Source: Paraspadella gotoi (taxonomy: Eukaryota; Animalia; Chaetognatha). Taken from it: a stretch of DNA of 23,062 bases. Shown here piece by piece: positions 10,639 through 21,207 of the stretch. The DNA lies in contig CM119267.1 of NCBI GenBank assembly GCA_051294375.1, positions 23,715,468-23,738,529 of the forward strand. Direction: 5' to 3'. Below the pieces are notes generated by a model. That model saw nothing but the letters and a program-made list of their open reading frames with translations, searched no databases and was not told the origin of the DNA. The position numbers were made by a program, and so were the translations under genes. Position 1 is the first letter of the stretch. Each line of letters opens with the position of its first letter.

Positions 10639-11509
10639 ATTTCTTTCTTTCTTTCTTTCTTTCTTTCGTTCTTTTGTTCTTTCTTTTTTTATTTTTAGTT
10701 TTCGCCGTAAAGTTAACAATATTTTTAAATTTTACCCTCTCTCTCCCTCTCCCTCTCTCTCACTCTTTCNNNNNNNNNNNNNNNNNNNNNNNNNNNNNNN
10801 NNNNNNNNNNNNNNNNNNNNNNNNNNNNNNNNNNNNNNNNNNNNNNNNNNNNNNNNNNNNNNNNNNNNNNNNNNNNNNNNNNNNNNNNNNNNNNNNNNNN
10901 NNNNNNNNNNNNNNNNNNNNNNNNNNNNNNNNNNNNNNNNNNNNNNNNNNNNNNNNNNNNNNNNAAATTATTCCTTCTTTATCTCTCTTTTCCTCTCTCT
11001 ATGTTACAAATCATAAATTATACAAAATCATGTTCGTTACCAGGAAATTATACGTAATGAAATTGCCGACAAAAAAGTTCAAAATTAATTTACATACAAA
11101 CAATAAAAAGGTTTTTGGATGTGAAGAAAACTTAGTGGGGAAAAAAAAAGAAATAGAATTCAAAAATGAAAATAAAATAAAATATAAAACGAGTTTAAAC
11201 GACTAAACGATAGACGGCGCTCCATTTATTTTTACTGAAAGAACAAAAGACAAACGAAAAATCTATTCTTGATGCCGGATAATCCTTCGGTGGCTCCGCA
11301 AAATCTCTATCGGCGCCTTTTAAATTTCACCGCCCTGCAAATCTTTCAGCATCGCGAAGCAGCCTTTTCCCAAAAACCTCCTCTTATCTATTCCCCACTC
11401 GCGCTCAGTCATCTCTCGGAATATTTCTCAGCCACATCGTTCACTCAGCACCGCGTAAACGTTCGATCTTAGCGCCGCAACGTTCGATATCTCCGCACCG
11501 TAGTTCTCC

Positions 11510-11727
11510 ATGACGTCGGCGGCGCCGGCGCCGACATCGTCGTCGTCGTCGTCGATTTCCCTCAAACGCCGCGCCGACGACGCCGACGACGACGAAACGG
11601 AAACGAGGCGCGGCGTTGAGGTTCGCGGCGTCGCCGTCGGTGGCGCTGGCGTCGATTCTAGAAACGAAAGAGAAACAAAAGACGTCGAAGAATCGGAGGA
11701 GAAAGAGACTACGACGAAAGACACGAA
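11510..11727 (+). CDS. Putative first coding exon of a spliced low-complexity protein (Ser-rich, KRR, acidic)
   Basis: ATG at 11510 follows an in-frame TAG (11501). The GC-rich frame MTSAAPAPTSSSSSSISLKRRADDADDD...TTTKDT ends at the donor AA|GTGAGT (11728, phase 2), followed by a T-rich 213-nt intron. Confidence 0.7.
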
Positions 11728-11940
11728 GTGAGTTGAGGTTTTCTTTGTTTTGTTTATTTATTTATCTTTCGTTGATTTGTTGTTTTCTCTTGTTTTTTGT
11801 TTTTGTTTTAATGTGAAATTCATGTTTTTTTTTTTAAATTTTTTTTTCCTTGAATTTTTTTTAATTTATTTTTCTGTATTAATTTAACATTTCTTCTTTC
11901 CAATTCTACATAGTAATTCCTTTCGTTCTTCCTCCTTCAG

Positions 11941-12236
11941 CTCCTCTTCCTCCTGCCCTCCATCTCGCCATCCCGAACTCCGCCTCCGCTCCAACCCCGC
12001 CGCAGCCGCAGCCGCAGCCGCAGCCGCAGCCGCAGCCGACGACCACCCAATCCACCCCAACTACGCCCACGTGCATTTCCACCCCGATCGATCCCACCAC
12101 CACGGCGACCACGTTGACCACGCTCATCCCCATCCCGACCTTCCCCATCCCCACCCTTCGAATCCAGAGGCGAGAATCTCGACGCAAAAGACGACTTTTC
12201 ACAATCACTTTGTGAGGCCGTCGCTGTCGATCACGG
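11941..12236 (+). CDS. Putative second coding exon: 13-Ala tract plus His/Pro-rich segment
   Basis: Polypyrimidine tract and CAG acceptor end at 11940. The phase-2 join gives a stop-free frame: NSSSSCPPSRHPELRLRSNP(A)13DDHPIHPNYAHVHFHPDRSHHHGDHVDHAHPHPDLPHPHPSNPEARISTQKTTFHNHFVRPSLSIT. It ends at the donor CGG|GTGAGT (12237, phase 1). Confidence 0.72.
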
Positions 12237-12307
12237 GTGAGTGAGTGAAATGAGGTGAAAGGATGTGAATTGAGTGATTGAATTTCTAAATTCGATCCAT
12301 CAATCAA

Positions 12308-12338
<31 letters not shown>

Positions 12339-12509
12339 ATAGATAAATAAATGAACATTGAACGGTTATTCCAAGGTGTTGCGCCGCATTACTTTTCTTT
12401 TTACTTATCATATCATTTATTCCTTATAGTCTATAAGATTTCTTTAAAAACTAAAGGCGGCGCCAGTAGTCGCTTAGATTTGATTTTTAACAAATGAGCA
12501 ACAAACTAG

Positions 12510-12632
12510 GCAAGTAATAAATATAAGCGTTTTAAAAGTAAGTGGGACCGACCGACAGACAGACATACCGACAGACCGACCGAAAAGTGACTTATAGAGT
12601 TGCTCCGCGAGTACTCGCGGCGCAACTAAAAA
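12510..12632. mobile_element. Helentron/DINE-1(HINE)-like non-autonomous element terminal fragment
   Basis: A GACC/GACA tetranucleotide tract (12546-12582) is followed by a strong stem-loop, agttgc-t-ccgcgagtactcgcgg-c-gcaact (12598-12627), then an A5 run. This microsatellite + hairpin + A/T-run layout is typical of those elements. The other end was not identified. Confidence 0.55.
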
Positions 12633-12704
12633 TCAATCAGACAATGTATAAGTTTATCAGTCAAGCAATCAATCATTCAAAGAAACAAAAGTAATCAATC
12701 GTTG

Positions 12705-12797
<93 letters not shown>
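12705..12797. repeat. (AAT)n microsatellite; an (AAAT)n tract lies at about 12306-12351
   Basis: Directly visible. Confidence 0.98.
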
Positions 12798-13052
12798 TGA
12801 AAATAATATGAAAATAATTAAAGATATTAAAAACTATGAACTATATGTCCAGAGTTACATTAAACGTTGAATCAAAAAATGTATTGAAAGTAAAGAACGA
12901 AAAGATCAAAAAAATTACAGGCGAAGAAAATGTTTAAAAAAACGTGATTTTAAATAAAGATAAGAAAAAAAGAAAAATATGAATGAAAACTCGATTGCCG
13001 TCACTCGTTTACGCCTCTGTCTCTCCTCTTCTCTCTCTCTCTCTCTCTCTCG

Positions 13053-13091
<39 letters not shown>

Positions 13092-13195
13092 TCTTCTTAT
13101 CCCAATCTCTTTTACTTTACTTCGGCGAGAATGAGGTGAGGAAAACACATTAAAAGCGACGCGCGCCCTTCTACTCGGAGAGTTTCTTTCTCTCA

Positions 13196-13228
<33 letters not shown>

Positions 13229-13960
13229 CTCTCTCTCTCCCAACTCTCTCCTCCTCCCCTCTCCTCTCCTCCCTCTCTCTCCCTCCCTCTCTCTCCTCTC
13301 TTCCTTCCATAATTATCCCCTCTTTATTTTCCCTCTTCTCCTTTACCTTGTAAGCAATTCCTTCAAAACAAATCCCAATTAAAGGAAATAAAATCTTCCT
13401 TCTCTTCTCTCTCCTTTCTCTTTTCTTTTTCTTCTTCTCCTTCCTCTTTTCTCTTTAATCTCTAAAGAACACAAGATATATTTTTATGAGACGGAGTGAA
13501 GGGATTTCGCTTTTAGCAAATCACTATAATCGTTTCAATTGATAATATTTTTTTGAAATGTAATATTTCAAATATATTTTAAATTAGAACAATCATTTTT
13601 ACTTGGTATCTGAAGACGGGAATTTTTCTTTCTTTTTTTTAAATTCATTTATCAGGCATAAAAACTGATTTTACAAAAATATACTGGTTTCAAAATAGAC
13701 TTCGTCCGATTTACGAACATAGGCGAAGCCACCCGTTAACTGTTTTATATCTTTTCGCCGCAGTTTTGTGGCCGTGAAACGAAGCGGAGAAAACTGAGGA
13801 GGATCGAGAAAAGTAGTTGAAAATGGCAAAAAAATGGTAAAAGAGAAGTGGAAATGGCAAAAAATGTAGGGTTGAGACGGGAAAGGGGAAGTGGAAATGT
13901 CAAAAAATACAAGGTAGAGAGGAGAAAAGGAAAGTTGAAAACGGATCAAGTTGAAAAATG

Positions 13961-14099
13961 AAAGAAGGAGAGAAAGAGAGAAGGAGAGAAGGAGAGAAAG
14001 AGAGAAGGAGAGAAAGAGAGAAGGAGAGAAGGAGAGAAAGAGAGAAGAAGGGAAGGAGAGAAGGAGAAAAGGAGAGAAGGAGAGAAAGAGAGAAGAAGA
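13961..14099. repeat. Purine-only compound repeat (gaaggaga/gaaagaga units)
   Basis: About 140 bp of purine-only sequence with 8-bp sub-units. Confidence 0.9.
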
Positions 14100-14172
14100 T
14101 TTTAGAAACAAAAAACGCAGGACAAGTGGAATGGATAAATTTTTTTTTAAAAATAGTTTGAAGAGGTTTGAG

Positions 14173-15282
14173 TAGTGTTCCGATAACCGTTAACTGTTAA
14201 CGGTTATTAACGGTTAAAAATAATTTTAACTTAACCGTTAATATATTCATTTTAACGGTTAAATTCGGTTAATTTTCAAATGTGATTTTTTTCATTTTTT
14301 GGTATGAAATCTTTAAAATTAAAAAAAAAACTATTTTTTTTTCTGTTCTCTCTTATTCTCNNNNNNNNNNNNNNNNNNNNNNNNNNNNNNNNNNNNNNNN
14401 NNNNNNNNNNNNNNNNNNNNNNNNNNNNNNNNNNNNNNNNNNNNNNNNNNNNNNNNNNNNNNNNNNNNNNNNNNNNNNNNNNNNNNNNNNNNNNNNNNNN
14501 NNNNNNNNNNNNNNNNNNNNNNNNNNNNNNNNNNNNNNNNNNNNNNNNNNNNNNNNNNNNNNNNNNNNNNNNNNNNNNNNNNNNNNNNNNNNNNNNNNNN
14601 NNNNNNNNNNNNNNNNNNNNNNNNNNNNNNNNNNNNNNNNNNNNNNNNNNNNNNNNNNNNNNNNNNNNNNNNNNNNNNNNNNNNNNNNNNNNNNNNNNNN
14701 NNNNNNNNNNNNNNNNNNNNNNNNNNNNNNNNNNNNNNNNNNNNNNNNNNNNNNNNNNNNNNNNNNNNNNNNNNNNNNNNNNNNNNNNNNNNNNNNNNNN
14801 NNNNNNNNNNNNNNNNNNNNNNNNNNNNNNNNNNNNNNNNNNNNNNNNNNNNNNNNNNNNNNNNNNNNNNNNNNNNNNNNNNNNNNNNNNNNNNNNNNNN
14901 NNNNNNNNNNNNNNNNNNNNNNNNNNNNNNNNNNNNNNNNNNNNNNNNNNNNNNNNNNNNNNNNNNNNNNNNNNNNNNNNNNNNNNNNNNNNNNNNNNNN
15001 NNNNNNNNNNNNNNNNNNNNNNNNNNNNNNNNNNNNNNNNNNNNNNNNNNNNNNNNNNNNNNNNNNNNNNNNNNNNNNNNNNNNNNNNNNNNNNNNNNNN
15101 NNNNNNNNNNNNNNNNNNNNNNNNNNNNNNNNNNNNNNNNNNNNNNNNNNNNNNNNNNNNNNNNNNNNNNNNNNNNNNNNNNNNNNNNNNNNNNNNNNNN
15201 NNNNNNNNNNNNNNNNNNNNNNNNNNNNNNNNNNNNNNNNNNNNNNNAATTTCCTAAAAAATTAACGGTTATCGGAACTCTA
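14173..15282. mobile_element. hAT-superfamily DNA transposon (probably non-autonomous, about 1.1 kb) whose interior lies in an assembly gap
   Basis: The 21-bp TIRs are tagtgttccgataaccgttaa (14173-14193) and ttaacggttatcggaactcta (15262-15282), with 1 mismatch. A perfect 8-bp TSD GGTTTGAG lies at 14165-14172 and 15283-15290. Subterminal AACCGTTAA/TTAACGGTT motifs are repeated. Confidence 0.92.
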
Positions 15283-15722
15283 GGTTTGAGAGGTTGACAA
15301 TTTTTGTCACATAGAGATAGGAACACCGTTCTGTGTGTTAGGCTGTTTCACATGGGTCTTCACGTGATATTGAAGTAAAAATAAACAAAAAAGAAAAAGA
15401 AAATACAAAAAACGATATCAGGAATGAGGTCGACCGGATTTGTCGGGACAATGGAGGTCATAAGAGGTCAAAAGGTCAAGAAACAAAAGGGCATCGGATT
15501 TAGGTTCATCAAAACTAAAGGTCTCAATCAAGAAGAACGAGAACCGAATAAGAAGATCTCTGCGGTTTGTAGTGAGGAAAATTGGAAGAAGTTAGCGAGT
15601 CAGTGGGGTCAGAAGGTCAGAAGGTCTGTGGGTCAAAAGGGCTGGTGGGTAAGCGGGTAAAAATTTCGACGAGTCAAAGGGTCAGGTGAGTCTGCAGGTC
15701 AAAGTGTGAGGTGGCTCAGCGA

Positions 15723-15867
15723 TGGAAGATAATCAACAGGTCAAGATTAACTGGAAGATAATCAACGGGTCAAGATTGACTGGAAGATAATCAATGGGTC
15801 AAGAATATTTTGAAGATAATTACCGGGTCAGGATTAACTGGAAGATAATCAACGGGTCAAGATTAAC
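15723..15867. repeat. 29-bp minisatellite (tggaagataatcaacgggtcaagattaac), 5 copies
   Basis: Units start at 15723, 15752, 15781, 15810 and 15839. Confidence 0.95.
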
Positions 15868-15913
15868 TTTCGTGGTTCCGCTGCGAAATCGTTTTGGAAC
15901 GCGAGAAATTGCA

Positions 15914-15993
<80 letters not shown>

Positions 15994-16978
15994 GACCAAA
16001 GTTCCGGAGAAGAGAGTGTCCGATTTCGGACACGCGCCTCGTTCGGACAACACGTACTCCCGACCCAAGCAGGAAACGGGGAAAGCTTGGTAAAAACCGA
16101 GATTTTGGGTCGTGGAACGAAAAAAATCGATCTCGAAAAACAGATGANNNNNNNNNNNNNNNNNNNNNNNNNNNNNNNNNNNNNNNNNNNNNNNNNNNNN
16201 NNNNNNNNNNNNNNNNNNNNNNNNNNNNNNNNNNNNNNNNNNNNNNNNNNNNNNNNNNNNNNNNNNNNNNNNNNNNNNNNNNNNNNNNNNNNNNNNNNNN
16301 NNNNNNNNNNNNNNNNNNNNNCGAGATGCAAGGATTTTAAAAAAATTGAATAAAAAATCACGATAAAATTTAAAAAGCAATAAGGATTAATGCAAGAATG
16401 CGTCGGCTTTAAAACCGACCGATCAATATTTGCTCAAATCTAAAAGTTTTGCCAAATAATTAACTAACAAGCAAAAAATCAAGTAAAGTTACAAACAAAC
16501 CAAAATTAATCGTACGCGACGATTTTAATTTTTTTTTTTTTTATTCTTATTATAATTTTTCATCAGCTTCTTTTTGTCTTCTGGACTGAAAGCCATTAAT
16601 ATCAAAGAAAAAGGTATTGATATTTGTTAATTAAACATATAAACACTCACTGATATTTTTTTTTTAAGTTTTACTGCACATTCGACCGTCTTAGAACAGT
16701 CGGTAGAGTGACCTTAATCACATATTCACCATATTTCACATATCACAAAAACGTCTTTAACAGCAAATTCAACAATAGTTGCTGCATTTCTGCAAGTTTA
16801 TAATCTTCCTGGCCCAACTGGTTTTTGTCGCTTCCCGCTTTCTCTTTCACTTTCACATCTCTTTATTTCTCACCATCTCAATCATGGACTCACATTTTTT
16901 TCACCGCTTAACGTTTCACGTCGATTGAGTTCCTTTCACTCGACTTCCGCCCGTGTTTTCTTCTCTCCCCCCCGCGCG

Positions 16979-17020
<42 letters not shown>

Positions 17021-17682
17021 TTATTGATGGAACGAGAGACGTAAAGTTAAAACGTCTGCGCGATAAATCACGTCACGGCGTCGTGAAGTCGCCCAAACGA
17101 CACGGAGTGTTTACCTGTGACATGGTGACACTCTCACTGTCACGCCGTGATATCGTGAACGCGGATGAACGAGGAAACAAAGCGACGCTTTTCGACGATT
17201 TCAAGTCGAAGATTTTCATCAATTTTTTTTTGAGTAAATTAAAAAAAATCACAATTTCAGAATCACGTTTTCAATCTAATTAACGTGATTAGAACTCTTG
17301 TTTATTGCCCCTCGTTATTCCATCACATGGTGACAATTTGAAACCTGCAATTTACAGACTAGTAAAGATTTTTTTTCAATATTAAATACGTGTTGAAGTA
17401 AAAACCAAAAAATACTTCTTACAAATTTCATATTAATCGGTTTTGGTTGACCTTGGCTATGAACGCAGAAAGATATTGTTTAAAATTCTCACACAATTTT
17501 CAAGATTCAATTGTTTTGTCTAACTTTCGACAAAAACCAATGGTTCCCTCACTGAGCCAATCCTTACACATTAAACCCGATGTTGAGAAAAGAAAAAAAA
17601 ATGTTATTTTTTAATCTATAAAGAAATTAACAAAGAATGAAGAAAAAAAATCACAAAATTATGATTGACGTTGACATCCAAA

Positions 17683-19041
17683 TTATAAATTAGAATGTTT
17701 ACGTAATTTGTGACCTTTTAATGATGATTTTCTTATGGCCGTGAATTCACACTCGTCACACTGGGAAGGCCCGTCGTCGTTGTGAACCAAATCGTGAATT
17801 TTTAGTAAACTTTTTGAATACGTTTCGTAATCACAAAGATCGCATTTTTGAGGTGGATTGTGTTGCCTTTTGTGTTTAAACAAAGTGAATTTATTTTTAG
17901 ACTGGAATTCACACTTATCACACTCGAAAAATCTTTGCCTTTTCGTATTTTTTCTTTCGTGAACCAAAATGTGACGTTTGAGAATAATTAACTTTCTCGC
18001 GGCGTAATCGCATAAATCACATTTGAAAGGTCGCTCATCCCTGTGAACTGCCAATTTATGATAATTCAATGAGTCTTTATACTTTGTCTCGAAATCACAG
18101 ACGTCGCATTGAAAAGGTTTATCCTCTATGTGAACGATCTGATGATTTCTTAATCGATGTTTCGTCTTTGTTTCGAAATCACAAAACTCACACTTGAAAG
18201 GTTTCTCCATCATATGAACGAGTTTGTGTCGTCGTAACAAAGCTAAACTTTTTGGGGAATAATCGCAAAGTGGACATTTGCGAATCGCGTTTCGATCCAG
18301 TTTTCGCGTCTTTTTTTGAAATTTGGAATATTTATGGTGAATCGATCGGTGAGAGTTGAGATTACGTTTCGAATTCGTCTCGTATTCACAATCGTCGCAT
18401 TTGAAGAGACGTTCGTCGCCGTGAATTAAAATGTGATTTCGCATGTGAATCTTTCTTTTCGATTTGTAATCGCATTGGACGCATCGATAACGAAAATTAC
18501 TCGACGTGGAACTGAAAACTTCTTCACTTTCGCTCGGTGATGTAGAACCGTCTTTATCATCTTTATCACTTTCGGTCGGTGAAGGGTCACCGACGATCGG
18601 TTTAAAATCTTCACAAATTGAAACCTCGTCACTTTCGACCAGGCCTGGCTCAAGTTTGGTCAGTCTAAAATCTTCACTCATCTCTTTATTTTCACTTTTG
18701 CTCACTGAAGATACGCGCAACTCGGGCTTGAAATCTTCACCGATCGAATCTTTTTCAAATTCGGTTATCATAGGATTCAAGGTTTCAGAATAATTATCAC
18801 CATCGTTTTCACTTACGTCGGGTTTAGAATCTTCACAGTTCACAGAACAATGCCGCTCGGAGTTTAGTTCACATTTTGTCTCGTATTCACAAAGATCTAG
18901 ATCGTGTTTCTTGACCGAATTATTCGCCGAACGATGTTTTCCTAATTCCATTTTAGAATTCGTTTCGTGAGAGCGTTTTTCACATCCGAACGAAGATGCA
19001 TCCGTGAATTTCGTCGTCTGGGAATTTCTCTTTCGCTTCAT
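17683..19041 (-). CDS. Intronless C2H2 zinc-finger protein, 452 aa, with 9 fingers of the C-x2-C-x-[YF] type and an acidic N-terminal region
   Basis: Nine C-x2-C-x12-H-x3/4-H motifs, from YRCVQCDY...HILIH to SQCDECEF...HKLRKH, with ERPF/EKPF/DKPF-type linkers. The start has an AAAATG context with an in-frame TGA 9 nt upstream, and the protein begins with a basic KRKR. Confidence 0.96.
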   Translation of the reverse strand: MKRKRNSQTTKFTDASSFGCEKRSHETNSKMELGKHRSANNSVKKHDLDLCEYETKCELNSERHCSVNCEDSKPDVSENDGDNYSETLNPMITEFEKDSIGEDFKPELRVSSVSKSENKEMSEDFRLTKLEPGLVESDEVSICEDFKPIVGDPSPTESDKDDKDGSTSPSESEEVFSSTSSNFRYRCVQCDYKSKRKIHMRNHILIHGDERLFKCDDCEYETNSKRNLNSHRSIHHKYSKFQKKTRKLDRNAIRKCPLCDYSPKSLALLRRHKLVHMMEKPFKCEFCDFETKTKHRLRNHQIVHIEDKPFQCDVCDFETKYKDSLNYHKLAVHRDERPFKCDLCDYAARKLIILKRHILVHERKNTKRQRFFECDKCEFQSKNKFTLFKHKRQHNPPQKCDLCDYETYSKSLLKIHDLVHNDDGPSQCDECEFTAIRKSSLKGHKLRKHSNL

Positions 19042-19099
19042 TTTTATTCACGATGATATTTTTGATCCTTTGTGTTTTGTGAATTTTTATTATTATTTA

Positions 19100-19140
19100 C
19101 TGTTGACTGAACAGAAGAGAATGAGAATGACGTGATTCGA
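19100..19140 (-). promoter_or_regulatory. Candidate core promoter of the zinc-finger gene
   Basis: An initiator-like TCAGTC on the minus strand (plus-strand gactga, about 19105-19110) lies about 65 nt upstream of the ATG, with a CRE-like TGACGTGA at about 19128. Candidate polyA signals on the minus strand are ATTAAA (about 17610-17615) and AATAAA (17301-17306). Motif match only. Confidence 0.3.
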
Positions 19141-19537
19141 CTCTTACGGTGAAATTGACGTTCTGAAAAGTAAAAATAGTTTGTGAGAATATTTTGACAT
19201 TAATCGCCAAAGATGTAACCGTAAAACAAGCGTGCGAAACATAAAAGTATCAAAAATTATACGTTCAACCGCTCCTGTTCGTATCAACGGTTTAACTTAG
19301 CCATCGACAATTTATTGTTTAAAAATTGTTTTATTTCTTTAAAAACTTTTTAAAAATTCAAAATCCCAACTTGTTTTGATAAAGTAAATCGATGAGTTGA
19401 AGTCGTTGAATGTCGAGAAGTTGAGACGCCAATAGGATTTATTATTTTCACAAACGACGACGACGACGACGACGACGACGACGTCGAGTCTATGACCATT
19501 GTTCTTGCAGGACTCGGTGGCTTCTAAAACCGGTAGC

Positions 19538-19628
<91 letters not shown>

Positions 19629-20178
19629 ATTTTTGGTGAGGGCTCTTTCCCAATTTGTTTCACCAATGAAGAGCAAATATGCGCAAACATTATCAAAGCT
19701 ATTAATTTATTTATATGCATAAAATTGGTACAAACAATATAAAAATTATCTATTCGTTTAATAAATTAATAAATGAGTAGAAAAATAACAGACAAACTTT
19801 ATTAAACACGAATAAATCTGAATCATTCATTTCAAAATTAAAAAGAAACAATATCATGAAACAAAATCTAAAATCAATATTCTAAAAATCACTAATCACT
19901 ATTCAATCACTGGGTTCTTTTCACAAATCTCACATCTAAGCAATTTCGAGTTCCATACTGATTCACGCGTCACATTTCAAACTCTTCACTCAATCGTGTG
20001 AACACATTCACGTTTAAAACCTTTTTGAAGAAAATGAATACATCTATTCGAAAACATCAATGAATATGCAAATTAACTTACAGAATTTAAAGTGAAAAAA
20101 AATGCATATTTTTCCGCCCAAATCTTTTTCTTTTCATCCTTTTTTACGAAATCTATTTCCTCCTCTTCTTTCTTCCTT

Positions 20179-20252
<74 letters not shown>

Positions 20253-20281
20253 CCTCCCTCCCTCCTCCCTCTCTCCAACAG

Positions 20282-21131
20282 GCGAAGTGGTCCGCATTCA
20301 AACCAACTGCCCTCGTCTTCTCTCTCAACCCCTCGTCCCTTGTTTCCTCAAACTTATCGCTTCGCTCTCTCGTTCCTCTTCCTCCTCCTCCGCCTCCTCC
20401 TCCTTCCTACTCCTCCACAGCTCCACGTCCCTCCCTCGACGTCGTCCTTCCTCCACTCCTCTCGGCCTCCTTTCTCTCGTCAACCCGCTCCACCTCCTCC
20501 TTCCGCTCCTCCTTCCTGTTTCCCCTCTTGCTCCTCTCTCCTCATCGGCGCCACTTTGGGCGACGTCATCGCCTCGCGCGTCGGCAACGTCGGCAACGTC
20601 GACAAACGCGGGACGCACCGGCAATCGACCGTGCCGCCGGCGTCGAGGGAAGCCTCGACGTCTTCGCCGCTGCCGGTCGGCGTGCCGATACCGATCCGGC
20701 TCGGCGGCGGCGGAGTCGGCGTCGACGCACCGGCAGCGTCGGCGATCGACGTAGAGACGTTGCGAGCGACGATCCGGCAAAGAATTCAATCCGGCGTCAA
20801 ATCCGGAATCGTCCTCGCGTCTTCGTCGGCGCCGACGACGACAACGACGATCGTTTCCTTGGCAACGCCGCCGACGACGACATCAGCGCCTCTGACGGAA
20901 TTAAACGGAAACATTTACGCCAGAGCGAGAAACAAGGGAACGTCGGAGCAGCAGCGACAGCGGCAGGAGCAGGAAGTAGAACGGCAGCAGCAGCAAGACT
21001 CGCCTTCTTCGAAAAAACGAAAATCTCGTTCGATCAAAGATCGAGTGCGAGCGAGAGTCGAAAAGATGTTCATTTCTTTCGATTCGGATGAGACTGAGGA
21101 CGAAAGCGAGGCTGGGGAAGAGAGAAATGCG
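20282..21131 (+). CDS. Probable large internal coding exon of a low-complexity Pro/Ser/Thr/Gln-rich protein; reading frame uncertain
   Basis: A (CT)n tract and CCAACAG acceptor end at 20281, with an alternative CCACAG acceptor at 20420. The sequence is GC-rich and stop-poor. The frame of ORF 20340-21215 has a Q/E-rich stretch, an NLS-like SKKRKSR and an acidic DSDETEDESE, and ends at the donor-like GCG|GTAAGA (21132) just before the GA microsatellite. Confidence 0.55.

Positions 21132-21207
<76 letters not shown>

Noticed and set aside
11906-12358. Minus-strand ORF with a (CG)n Cys-Gly repeat
   Set aside because: It is the antisense shadow of the plus-strand poly-Ala exon and starts inside an AAAT microsatellite.
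14282-15326. Long ORFs containing X runs (also at 3931-4666, 8221-9009, 9589-10183, 15820-16380)
   Set aside because: They are open only because they cross N gaps.
18426-18793. Short ORFs overlapping the zinc-finger CDS
   Set aside because: They are alternative-frame or antisense shadows of the real ZF gene.
20282-20340. GEVVRIQTNCP resembling the start of a Runt domain (GELVRT.SP)
   Set aside because: The similarity ends after about 5 residues and none of the downstream Runt motifs follow.
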